64,000 nucleotides of DNA from an uncultured archaeon (GTDB lineage Archaea; Thermoproteota; Bathyarchaeia; 40CM-2-53-6; CALIRQ01), in contig CALIRQ010000007.1 in NCBI GenBank assembly GCA_938042195.1, positions 71,871 to 135,870 on the forward strand, in the 5' to 3' direction. Both the position numbers and the translations under genes were made by a program. Below, in pieces: positions 30,684 through 39,292 of this stretch. Below the pieces are notes generated by a model. That model did not search any database and was not told the DNA's origin. It saw only the letters and a program-made list of their open reading frames with translations. Position 1 is the first letter of the stretch. The number at the start of each line of letters is the position of its first letter.

Positions 30684-31457
30684 ATGGGGAGCGAGAAGGA
30701 GAAGATAAGGAATAGGGTTTGGACCCTAATGGAGCGCGAGGGCGTTTCGAGGCCCCCGTTGCCGATAAGGCATAGGATACCCAATTTTATCGGGGCCGAG
30801 AGGGCGGCTGAGAGGCTACGCGATCTTAGAGCCTTCCAAGCCGCGAGGGTCGTTAAGGTCAATCCCGACTCGCCGCAATCGCCGGTCAGGAAGCTCGTTT
30901 TATCGGCGGGGAAGCTCTTGATAATGCCGACCCCCCGCCTTAGGAGGGGCTTCCTGCTCATAGATCCAAATGGCTTGCCCCAAGAGGCCGTCGGGATGGC
31001 GGCCAGCATCAGGGGCGCCTTAAAATTCGGGAGGGAACTGAGCCTCAATGAGGCGCCCGGGATAGACTTCATGGTGACCGGATCCGTGGCCGTCGCCCCG
31101 GATGGTTCGAGGCTTGGCAAGGGCGGGGGATATAGCGAGATCGAGTACGGCATACTGAGGGAGCTGGGCCTAATCGATGAGGACACCCCCATAGCCACGA
31201 CCGTGCATGACGTCCAAGTGGTGAGCGAAATCCCGATGGAGGATCACGATTTGGCGGTTGATTATATAGTGACCCCGACGAGGCTCTTGGAGACCGGGAG
31301 GAGCCGCAGAAGGCCCAGGGGCATATTGTGGGATGAGTTGCCGAAGGGAGCGATCGAGGAGATCCCGATATTGGCAAGGCTCAAGCCCCGATGCGATGGG
31401 GGCGCGGGATTCCCCAGCCCTAGGGGAGGAGCCGGAGCCCCAAAGCCAAAAACCTGA
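30684..31457 (+). CDS. 5-formyltetrahydrofolate cyclo-ligase paralog (COG0212/MTHFSD-like)
   Basis: RIPNFIGA, KVNPDSPQ, PTPRLR, RLGKGGGYSEIEY, TTVHDVQ, HD..VDYIVTP. Confidence 0.88.
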   Translation: MGSEKEKIRNRVWTLMEREGVSRPPLPIRHRIPNFIGAERAAERLRDLRAFQAARVVKVNPDSPQSPVRKLVLSAGKLLIMPTPRLRRGFLLIDPNGLPQEAVGMAASIRGALKFGRELSLNEAPGIDFMVTGSVAVAPDGSRLGKGGGYSEIEYGILRELGLIDEDTPIATTVHDVQVVSEIPMEDHDLAVDYIVTPTRLLETGRSRRRPRGILWDELPKGAIEEIPILARLKPRCDGGAGFPSPRGGAGAPKPKT

Positions 31458-32214
31458 AAATCGGGAAGGCTAGGAGCAGGATTGTATACGCCAAGAAGAG
31501 GCGATCCCGAGGTCCCCAGCCCCTGAATGACGGCTTCCTCTTAACCGATCCGAACCCCCTCATATCCAGGACCCTGCCGACGACATCGGCCCGCTCGATG
31601 GCGTTCATCGTTATTGGGATCAAGGCCAAGGATAGCGCTCTTATCCTTCCGAGGAAACCGCTCTCGATCTCCTCATAAGCCCTAACCCGCATTGCATCCG
31701 CTACCCTCCTCATGTCCGCCAAGTAAACTGGCATGAAATTGAACGCCAAGGCCATCATCAGGGAATACTTCTGAGGGAGGCCGAGCCAGCCCAAGGCCTC
31801 GATCAGATCGTTGGTCGAGGTCGTCGCGACGACCGCGAAGATCGGGAGCGTTAGGATGAGCAGGCGCAGCGCGCTGAGGATGCCGCTCAAGATGCCCTCC
31901 TTGGTTACGGTCAATCCCCCGAAGTATTGGGATATCCTCGGGAGGATTTGGAACGCCGGCTCCCCCCCAACCGTTAGGAATTGGATCGCGCCTATGGCCA
32001 ATATGATCAGCCAAAAACCCCTCAATTGCCTAAATATGGGGCCAGCGATCCCCCCGAGGATTGCCACGAGGATCACCGACGCCAACGTCAGGGTTAGCAC
32101 CGGGAAGTCTATGAAGATCAGGCCGACGGCGCTGCAGGAAACGGCCCAGAAGAGCTTCAGCCTCGGATCCAAGCCGCTAAGGGGGCACCTTCCCTTCTCG
32201 ATGGATTGGAACAT
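31420..32214 (-). CDS. ecfT: ECF transporter transmembrane T component
   Basis: LDPRLKL start, A..VRA and L..RGF Arg motifs. Confidence 0.85.
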   Translation of the reverse strand: MFQSIEKGRCPLSGLDPRLKLFWAVSCSAVGLIFIDFPVLTLTLASVILVAILGGIAGPIFRQLRGFWLIILAIGAIQFLTVGGEPAFQILPRISQYFGGLTVTKEGILSGILSALRLLILTLPIFAVVATTSTNDLIEALGWLGLPQKYSLMMALAFNFMPVYLADMRRVADAMRVRAYEEIESGFLGRIRALSLALIPITMNAIERADVVGRVLDMRGFGSVKRKPSFRGWGPRDRLFLAYTILLLAFPIFRFLALGLRLLP

Positions 32215-33037
32215 GGATGCGCAAAACCCTACCGAGTTCTTCCTCCATCTCCTTCACGGAGATTACGTCCGGCCTGATGCCCATGCTGGCGCAACTTCGG
32301 GCCAGCTCCGTTATCTGGGGCGGGGCCAAGCCGCATCTCCTCAGAAGCTCCCCCTTCGCGAAGAGGCGCCTGGTCGGCGCATCGGCGAGAATCCTTCCAT
32401 CCTCGAGGAGTATGGTCCTTTCGGCGTAGGCGGCGACGTTCCTCATGTCATGCGTAACTAGTATAATGGTCTTCCCCCTTTCGTTTAATCCCTTGACGAG
32501 TTCCATGATGGCCCTAGAATCCCTATGGTCTTGACCGGTCGTGGGCTCATCCAAGATGAGGATCTTCGGATCCATGGCGGCTATCGCTGCGACCGAGACC
32601 TTTTGCTTATCCCCCCTTGACAGAAATCTTGGGTAAACGCCTCTAACGTCCTGAAGCGCGAAATCCCTTAAGGTCCTCTCCACGATCTCGGCGATCTCGT
32701 CATCCCCGAGGCCGAGGTTCCTCAAGCCGAAGGCTATCTCCTCCTCCACCGATCTGCAGAAGAGCTGATCATCCGGGCTCTGGAATATGAAGCCCACCTC
32801 CCGAGCAATCTCGGAAACCCTTTCGCTTCGGGTATCCTTCCCCCTCACGATGACCCTCCCCTTCGTTGGCTTGAGCAGGCCGATCAGCAATCGCATTAGC
32901 GTAGACTTCCCGGATCCGTTCCTCCCGATAATCGCTAGGAACTCGCCCTCCTCGATATCGAGATCGATTCCCTTCAGAACGTAGTTGTCCCCGGAGTAAG
33001 AGAACCAGACGTCCTCAACCTCTATTTCGGAGCTCAT
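32177..33037 (-). CDS. ECF transporter ATPase (A')
   Basis: GRNGSGKST, FQSPDDQLF, LSRGDKQK, LDEPTTGQD; start set at MSSEIEV. Confidence 0.9.
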   Translation of the reverse strand: MSSEIEVEDVWFSYSGDNYVLKGIDLDIEEGEFLAIIGRNGSGKSTLMRLLIGLLKPTKGRVIVRGKDTRSERVSEIAREVGFIFQSPDDQLFCRSVEEEIAFGLRNLGLGDDEIAEIVERTLRDFALQDVRGVYPRFLSRGDKQKVSVAAIAAMDPKILILDEPTTGQDHRDSRAIMELVKGLNERGKTIILVTHDMRNVAAYAERTILLEDGRILADAPTRRLFAKGELLRRCGLAPPQITELARSCASMGIRPDVISVKEMEEELGRVLRIHVPIHREGKVPP

Positions 33038-33887
33038 CCGCGCCCAACCCCAGCTCGATGAGGAGATCCCTCGCCTCTTCAACGGTGATCGGCAACCGCC
33101 CGATGGCGTGCCCCATCCTCCCGATCCCGAGCGCGAGCTGAACGACCTGCGGTAGCCTGAGCCCCAATTCCTCCAACTCCTCCAACCTCGAAAAAACCGA
33201 TCTTGGATCCCCCTCCAACAGAATCCTTCCATCGGCTAGGATGGCGATCTTGGTGGCGCGCTCCGCGAGCAATTCGACCTCATGCGTAACGAAGATTATC
33301 GTTTTTCCGGATTCGTGCAGTTCGCTCGCTAAGCTGAATACATCCCTGACGGAGATCGGGTCCAGATCCGATGTGGCCTCATCGAAGACTATTATGTCGG
33401 GCCGTCCAGCGATGGTCGCGGCGATGGCTATTTTTTGCTTCTCCCCGCCGGAGCATGTTTGCGGCGCCCTCCCCCTGAGGTGCGATATCCCGATCCTCCT
33501 GAGGCATTCTTCCACAACCCTCCCGACCTCCTCCTCGCTCAATCCCCGGTTCCTCAGGCCGAAGGCTATTTCATCCTCCACCGAGGATGTTATCAATTGG
33601 GAGTCCGGATCTTGGAAGACTATCCCGACGCGCTTGGATAGTTCGGCGATCGTTTTTGCCCTTGTCGACTTCCCGAAGATCTTCACCTCCCCGATCATCT
33701 CGCCACCGGCATAATGGGGGATTAGGCCGTTAAGGCACATGCAAAGCGTCGTCTTCCCGGATCCGGTTGGCCCGAGGATCCCCAAGAACTCCCCGAGCCC
33801 AACCCTCAAGTCCACGCCTCTCAGCACGAAGTCCTTGGCCGTGGGATACTTATACCAAAGCCCGCTGACCTCTATGGCGTATCCCAA
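33015..33887 (-). CDS. ECF transporter ATPase (A)
   Basis: GPTGSGKTT, FQDPDSQL, SGGEKQK, DEATSDLD. Confidence 0.9.
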   Translation of the reverse strand: MGYAIEVSGLWYKYPTAKDFVLRGVDLRVGLGEFLGILGPTGSGKTTLCMCLNGLIPHYAGGEMIGEVKIFGKSTRAKTIAELSKRVGIVFQDPDSQLITSSVEDEIAFGLRNRGLSEEEVGRVVEECLRRIGISHLRGRAPQTCSGGEKQKIAIAATIAGRPDIIVFDEATSDLDPISVRDVFSLASELHESGKTIIFVTHEVELLAERATKIAILADGRILLEGDPRSVFSRLEELEELGLRLPQVVQLALGIGRMGHAIGRLPITVEEARDLLIELGLGADELRNRG

Positions 33888-33905
33888 AATCTCCCGACCT
33901 CGCCA

Positions 33906-34514
33906 TCAAGCCCCTTTCGGTTCGGTTATGAATCCATACCTAGCCAAGCCAGGCCTCAGCGCTTCGTAGAGGACCGGGGAAATGATCAGGTTGGCGATCA
34001 CGGTGGGTATGTATATGATCGAGAACGATGCTGAGGCGTAGGCAAAGAAGGTGACGGCCCCGGCCAATATGCCCCTCGCCACGGGGATCGCCGTATTCGC
34101 AAAGCTGGGCAGGTAGAGTATTCCATAGTAGGCTGGTATTATGAAAAGGAGGAAGCTTGCGGTGGTGGCTATGCCAACTATCAGGGATACCTTTAGGGGG
34201 CTGAGCTTACGCTCATTGCCCTTGAATGCGTCCGTCAAAAGCTTCGCGGAGACGAGGCCCGAGAAGTGGGATGGTATGTTGGCCAATGGGAACGGGGCCG
34301 CCGTGGCCACCATGAGCACTATGCCGTTCACCAGGCCCACCAAAGAGGCCTCGGCCAAGCTCATTGGTATGAGCAACGCTATGAGGCAGTAAATGGCTAT
34401 GGATACGGCCATCTGTATGCCACCGGTGAGGACGACCGTGAACCTAAGCAGGAAATGGACCACGCCCGCAAGGGCCAAGAACATGCCACATAGGGCAATC
34501 TCCCTAGACCTCAA
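33906..34514 (-). CDS. Probable ECF substrate-binding S component (substrate unknown)
   Basis: ~200 aa, 5-6 TM, N-terminal REIALCGMFLALA, first gene of an S-A-A'-T operon, AGGAGGT RBS. Confidence 0.75.
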   Translation of the reverse strand: MRSREIALCGMFLALAGVVHFLLRFTVVLTGGIQMAVSIAIYCLIALLIPMSLAEASLVGLVNGIVLMVATAAPFPLANIPSHFSGLVSAKLLTDAFKGNERKLSPLKVSLIVGIATTASFLLFIIPAYYGILYLPSFANTAIPVARGILAGAVTFFAYASASFSIIYIPTVIANLIISPVLYEALRPGLARYGFITEPKGA

Positions 34515-34519
34515 ACCTT

Positions 34520-34594
34520 TCCCACCTCCTTCTGGGAGCGGCCAACGGCCGGCTTCGCGAGTTTCCGGCGAAGGAATTTAGGCTTATTGGCCGC
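34520..34594 (-). promoter_or_regulatory. Structured 5' leader of the ECF operon (candidate cis-regulatory RNA)
   Basis: GCGGCCAA/TTGGCCGC stem enclosing a CTTCGC/GCGAAG hairpin, followed by a TCCCA/TGGGA hairpin around the RBS. Confidence 0.4.
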
Positions 34595-34642
34595 ATTAGA
34601 TTCTTTCATGGTCTGTCCGGATAAGAAATGTGGTATATATAT

Positions 34643-34670
34643 CTTTCTTGTACAAAAATATACAAGAAAG
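34643..34670. promoter_or_regulatory. Perfect inverted repeat CTTTCTTGTA-N8-TACAAGAAAG, candidate operator
   Basis: 10-bp arms next to the TATA-like tract at 34634-34642, between divergent genes. Confidence 0.5.
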
Positions 34671-34751
34671 GAGAGATCTCGTTCGGAAGATAAAATGGCG
34701 CGGTGCATGGATCTATGGATGGAGAGCACCCCTATGAGGCGGCGCGCTAAA

Positions 34752-35219
34752 ATGGACGTCGGAAGTTCCGACGATTTGAGCGCGGCGGAGGAAGCGCTCA
34801 AAGGCGGGGCCCTCACGATCGCCGTGGTCAAGGGCGGGAAGCTGATCTTTTCAGCGAAGGTCCCCGGCCTGAGGGCCATATTCATGGCCGCCAGGGCCTT
34901 AGGAGGCGAGCTCGCAGGCTCCTCGGTGGCTGATAAAGTCGTTGGCAGAGCGGCCGCGTTGCTCTATGCCCACCATGGGGCGCGGGCCGTATTCGGGTCC
35001 ACGATGAGCGAGGGGGGAGCGGCGATCCTCAGGGATAAAGGGATAGGGATCAGATTCGATGCGCTAGTGCCCTCGATAAGGGGGAGGGATGGGGTCCACG
35101 CCTGTCCTTTCGAGAGGGCCGTGAGGAACATAAGGGATCCGGGGGAGGCCTTCCGAGTGCTCTCGAGGATGTTGGCGATGAACGGCCCCCCAGCGGATTC
35201 GCAATTTTCAGCCTCCTAG
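34752..35219 (+). CDS. DUF1893 (TM1506-like) protein
   Basis: VADKVVGRAAA, MSE.G, I.GRDG..CPFE motifs. Confidence 0.85.
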   Translation: MDVGSSDDLSAAEEALKGGALTIAVVKGGKLIFSAKVPGLRAIFMAARALGGELAGSSVADKVVGRAAALLYAHHGARAVFGSTMSEGGAAILRDKGIGIRFDALVPSIRGRDGVHACPFERAVRNIRDPGEAFRVLSRMLAMNGPPADSQFSAS

Positions 35220-36271
35220 GGGATCTTCACCAGCGATCTCCCCTCGAAGAGGCCCTCCAATCCATACCTCTTCAGGGCTTGCCAAAGGATCGTGCAGATG
35301 AGCTGATCGTAGGTCAGGCCCGCGGCCCTCGCCGCCCTCGGCAGGCAGGAATGGGCATCGGGGTTTGGGATCAAGCCCGGCAGGGGGTTCACCTCCATTA
35401 CGCGTGGGACCCCCGCCCTATCCATCCTAATATCCACGCGGCACAAATCCCTGCAACCCAGGGCCCTGAAGGCCCCCACCGCCACCCTCCCTATCTCTTC
35501 CTCGACCTCCTTTGGGATCTGCGGGGGGCAGCTGAGCATATCCACCGGATTGCCCGGGACGTCCCAGACCCATTTGGCCTCATAGGAATAAAGCGGGTTG
35601 GCCCAGGCTGGCAACTTATCGAGCAGGATTTCAACGATGGGCAGGACGGTGGGCTCCCCGTTCCCTATCAATCCGACCGTGAACTCCCGCCCCGGGAGAA
35701 ATTCCTCGACTATTGCGGGCTGCTTGTAAAACCTGAGGACCCTTGAAACCTGCTTCCTCAGGCCCGCTTCGTCATTGACCAAGGAGTCGTTCCTTATCCC
35801 CTTGCTGGACCCCTCGCATATGGGCTTCACCACCAACGGGAACTCTAGGCTCCCATCGAGCTCCTCGTCGCCGCTCTCGAAGACTTGGAAAGCGGGCGAG
35901 GGGATCCCATTGGCGCTGAGGATCTGATGCGTCAGCGCCTTGTTCAGGGCCATCGCGAGCGTTAGGGGCCCGGATCCGGTATATGGTATCCCGAGCATCT
36001 CGAGCATGGCGGGTATATGGGACTCCCTGCTCTCGCCGCGCAGTCCCTCGGCTATATTGAAAACTATATCCGGCCTCGACTTGACCAGCCTTTCATAGGC
36101 CCCTTCGTCCGCCTCTATCCTTATGACTTCGCAGCCGCCCCTTCGGAGGGCGCTCGCTATGGCATCAACAGTTTCCTCCTCATCGAACTCCGCATAGAAA
36201 TCCTCCGGCAGCCCCTCGGAGGGGCTTGGCCCCCTCCTGAGGTTATAGGTTAGGCCCACCCTCAGCGGCAT
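35216..36271 (-). CDS. ATP-grasp ligase, D-Ala-D-Ala ligase-like
   Basis: VFNIAEG, GIPYTGS, VKP..EGSSKGI, EEFLPGREF, RVDIR, EVNPLPG. Confidence 0.9.
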   Translation of the reverse strand: MPLRVGLTYNLRRGPSPSEGLPEDFYAEFDEEETVDAIASALRRGGCEVIRIEADEGAYERLVKSRPDIVFNIAEGLRGESRESHIPAMLEMLGIPYTGSGPLTLAMALNKALTHQILSANGIPSPAFQVFESGDEELDGSLEFPLVVKPICEGSSKGIRNDSLVNDEAGLRKQVSRVLRFYKQPAIVEEFLPGREFTVGLIGNGEPTVLPIVEILLDKLPAWANPLYSYEAKWVWDVPGNPVDMLSCPPQIPKEVEEEIGRVAVGAFRALGCRDLCRVDIRMDRAGVPRVMEVNPLPGLIPNPDAHSCLPRAARAAGLTYDQLICTILWQALKRYGLEGLFEGRSLVKIP

Positions 36272-37365
36272 CCAGCCCTCTTCCCTATGGGGCTCCGGCT
36301 TTCGATCGCGCCCGCCATTTGGGGCGCCCGGGGATATGAGTATGTCTCCCCCTTATAGTTCCGAAGGATCAAGCGATCGCCTTCGATCTTCAGGACATAC
36401 TCCGGCTGAACCGGTATCTTCCCCCCTCCGCCCGGCGCATCGATCACATAGCGCGGCACGGCCAAGCCCGAGGTATGGCCGACCAAGGCCTCCATTATCT
36501 TGATGCCCGCCTCGACATCCGTTCGGAAATGGTGGGCCCCCTTGACCAAGTCCATTTGGAATAGGTAATAGGGCCGGACGCGGATCCTCAAAAGCCTTTG
36601 GACGAGATCCTTCATCACGGCTGGATCGTCGTTCACGCCCCTCAGGAGCACCGATTGATTCCCGAGAGGGATCCCGGCATCGGCGAGGAGCCCGCAGGCC
36701 CTCTCGCTCTCCTCGGTTATCTCCCTGGGATGGTTGAAGTGGACGTTGAAGTAGAGTGGGTGATATCTTTTGAGCATCCTGACCAGCTTTGGGGTCACCC
36801 TCTGGGGGAGCGTTGCGGGCATGCGGGACCCTATCCTCAAGATCTCCACATGCGGGATAGCCCTCAAGCGCTTGAGTATGCGTTCAATCTCATCGTCGGA
36901 CAACATGAGGGGATCCCCGCCGGATATGATGACATCTCGGATGGATGGATTCTCCTCCACGTACCTAATCTGCTCCGCGATCACAGCGCGGGAGAGCTCG
37001 CTTTCGGGCCTGCCGATCCTCCTCTTCCTGGTGCAGAACCTGCAATAGGTCGCGCAGCTATTGGAAGCGGCCATCAGGACCCTGTCGGGATATCTGTGTA
37101 TCAAGCCCGGGACCGGACTTTGGCCCTCCTCGTTCAAGGGGTCGTCCAAGCCGTATGGGTCCTGGAGCTCGAGCGGGCTCGGAATGCATTGTTTCCATAT
37201 TGGGTCATCGACTTCCTCTATCAGGTCGAAGTAGTATTTGGAAACCCTCATCGGATATACGGCCGTAACGGCCCTCAGGCCCTCGATATCGACCTTGAAC
37301 TTCCCAAGGATTTGTTCAGGCTTGGTTATGCTTTGGGAGAGAAGGCGTTCCCATTCTTCCGCCAT
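36262..37365 (-). CDS. kamA: KamA family radical SAM/PLP aminomutase (lysine 2,3-aminomutase-like)
   Basis: HRYPDR, CATYCRFCTRKR, SGGDPL, NQSVLLRGVND, PYYLFQMD, DAPGGGGK. Confidence 0.92.
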   Translation of the reverse strand: MAEEWERLLSQSITKPEQILGKFKVDIEGLRAVTAVYPMRVSKYYFDLIEEVDDPIWKQCIPSPLELQDPYGLDDPLNEEGQSPVPGLIHRYPDRVLMAASNSCATYCRFCTRKRRIGRPESELSRAVIAEQIRYVEENPSIRDVIISGGDPLMLSDDEIERILKRLRAIPHVEILRIGSRMPATLPQRVTPKLVRMLKRYHPLYFNVHFNHPREITEESERACGLLADAGIPLGNQSVLLRGVNDDPAVMKDLVQRLLRIRVRPYYLFQMDLVKGAHHFRTDVEAGIKIMEALVGHTSGLAVPRYVIDAPGGGGKIPVQPEYVLKIEGDRLILRNYKGETYSYPRAPQMAGAIESRSPIGKRAGCR

Positions 37366-37372
37366 TTTAGTT

Positions 37373-37418
37373 CATGTACTCTCCGTAGCACCAGAATCGT
37401 GCTACCGGACGTATCATG
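37373..37418 (-). promoter_or_regulatory. Long hairpin in the kamA 5' leader overlapping the putative RBS
   Basis: CATG-A-TAC-G-TCC-G-GTAGCAC [7-nt loop] GTGCTAC-GGA-GA-GTA-CATG; TATA-like CTTAAATA at 37449-37456. Confidence 0.45.
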
Positions 37419-37563
37419 GTGCTTATGGGTCCTTACAACGGAAGCCCATATTTAAGCCTTTGTATCGGGCAGGTCGATTTGAAGGGGATGGGCATCCAAA
37501 CGCCCCCCATCCAATGTGGAACGCTTATAGGCCCGGTCGGGAGGAGGCCCTTCGGGAGGCTCG

Positions 37564-38010
37564 ATGAGGGAGGAATTGCTGAAGGCCATAAGGGAGGCGT
37601 TGAACGGAGACCCCTTCGCTAGGCTATTGGGCATAGAGGTCCAGGAGGTCGGGGAGGGTTACGGCAGGGCCTCCATGAGGGTCAGGGCGGACCTCCTCAA
37701 CTCCCAAGGTTTCGCCCATGGAGGGGCCATATTCTCCTTGGCCGATATGGCATTCGCGGCCGCGAGCAACTCCCACAACAAGGTGGCCGTTGCCCTCTCA
37801 GTCAACGTGAACTACAGGAGGCCCATCGGGGAGGGGACTGAGCTGTTGGCGGAGGCATTTGAGGAGAGCTTGGGCAGATCCACGGCCCTCTATAGGATCT
37901 TGGTGAAAACCAAAGAGGGGGAACTGGTCGCATCCTGCCAAGGCTTGGCCTTCAGGATGGATCGGGATTTCTTGGGGGAGCGCCCAGCCTCTGGGGATGG
38001 CCCTAACTGA
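37564..38010 (+). CDS. PaaI family hotdog-fold thioesterase
   Basis: LNSQGFAHGGAIFSLAD.AFAAASNS. Confidence 0.9.
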   Translation: MREELLKAIREALNGDPFARLLGIEVQEVGEGYGRASMRVRADLLNSQGFAHGGAIFSLADMAFAAASNSHNKVAVALSVNVNYRRPIGEGTELLAEAFEESLGRSTALYRILVKTKEGELVASCQGLAFRMDRDFLGERPASGDGPN

Positions 38011-38146
38011 GCGGGGCTTAAGTGGCTCGGGGATTCGCGGGCCGGGCAATTAAAATCAACAATCTTCGCCTAGGCTCGATCCCAAGCAAATATCCAAAAA
38101 TTTAAATAGATTTGCGAAGCGATGCGAATCGAAAAGGGGAGATGCG

Positions 38147-39124
38147 GTGAATATTTTACTAATTCCTAGAGGGGAGATGGAGAAATTAGTTTCCATGAGG
38201 GAAGTTATCGAAGCCGTGGAGATGGCATTTAAAGCCAAGGGCTTGGGGAGGGTCCAGATGCCCCCTAAGCTCTACGTAAATTTCCCGAGCGGCGATTTTA
38301 GAACGATGCCTTGCTACATGCCCGATCTCGGGTTTGGAGGGGTCAAAATAGTTAATGCTCATCCGGGGAACCCGGAGAAATACGGGTTGCCATCGGTAAT
38401 GGCGATAATGATCTTGATCGACCCAGAAACTGGCAAACCCTTGGCGATAATGGATGGCACTTGGATTACCAACATGCGCACCGGAGCCGCCGGGGGAGTT
38501 GCGGCGAAATATCTCGCTAGAAGGGATTCGAGGATAATCGGTATGGTCGGCGCCGGGGCTCAGGCGAGGAGCCAACTCTTGGCTTTGGGGGAGATCTTCG
38601 ATATAAGCGAGGTCAGGGTTTTCGCGAAAACCCTGATGGAATGCAAAAAATTCAGAGAAGACATGGGAAAGCTTGGCTTGAACATCTTGGTGGAGAAAGA
38701 GATTGAGGAAGCGGTTAAAGGCGTGGATATCTTGGTCACGACCACGCCCGTGACCCAGCCCATAGTTAAAAACGACTGGATCGGCGAGGGGGTCCACATA
38801 AACGCGATAGGCGCGGATGCGCCCTCTAAGGAGGAGCTTGACCCAATGATTTTGAGAAGGGCTAAAATAGTGGTTGATGACCTTGAGCAGGCTTGCCATT
38901 CCGGCGAGATCAACGTCCCATTATCGAAGGGGATCATCTCCAAAGCCAATATTTACGCCGAGTTGGGTGAGATCGTGGCCGGTAAGAAAGTTGGAAGGGT
39001 TGGCGATGATGAGGTGACCATATTCGATTCCACCGGATTGGCCATACAGGATTTGGCCACGGCGGCCATAGTTTACAAAAAATCCAAGGAACTTGGTTCA
39101 GGATTCGAGGTCGAGCTCATTTAA
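38147..39124 (+). CDS. ala: Alanine dehydrogenase, archaeal ornithine cyclodeaminase/mu-crystallin type
   Basis: VQMPPK, GDFRTMP, KIVNAHPGNP, RTGAAG, HINAIGADAP, FDSTGLAIQD. Confidence 0.88.
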   Translation: MNILLIPRGEMEKLVSMREVIEAVEMAFKAKGLGRVQMPPKLYVNFPSGDFRTMPCYMPDLGFGGVKIVNAHPGNPEKYGLPSVMAIMILIDPETGKPLAIMDGTWITNMRTGAAGGVAAKYLARRDSRIIGMVGAGAQARSQLLALGEIFDISEVRVFAKTLMECKKFREDMGKLGLNILVEKEIEEAVKGVDILVTTTPVTQPIVKNDWIGEGVHINAIGADAPSKEELDPMILRRAKIVVDDLEQACHSGEINVPLSKGIISKANIYAELGEIVAGKKVGRVGDDEVTIFDSTGLAIQDLATAAIVYKKSKELGSGFEVELI

Positions 39125-39183
39125 ATCGCTCAAACGGCCGGCCCAAAAGCTGGGGACGGCTCGCCGAAGGGCCTTTTTAAGAA

Positions 39184-39292
39184 TGGTGCGGGGGGAGGGA
39201 TTTGAACCCTCGAACCCCTTCGGGACAGGCGCCTCAGGCCTGCGCCTCCAAGGGCCGCCCGGCCCCCTTTGACCTGGCTTGGCAACCCCCGC
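39184..39292 (-). tRNA. tRNA-Leu(GAG) with a 21-nt non-canonical D-arm intron (39246..39266), CCA encoded
   Basis: Acceptor GCGGGGG/CCCCCGC-ACCA, anticodon arm CAGGC-CTGAGGC-GCCTG, long variable arm, T arm GAGGG-TTCAAAT-CCCTC; removing the intron gives an 88-nt Leu tRNA. Confidence 0.93.

Noticed and set aside
34520-34610. TPP or other known riboswitch class in the ECF leader
   Set aside because: No CUGAGA or other recognisable consensus; retained only as an unclassified structured leader
24165-37365. kamA plus a kce-like gene as a lysine fermentation pathway
   Set aside because: They are about 11 kb apart in different operons, kamDE/kdd/kal are absent from the window, and the BKACE lacks the Kce amine-binding Glu
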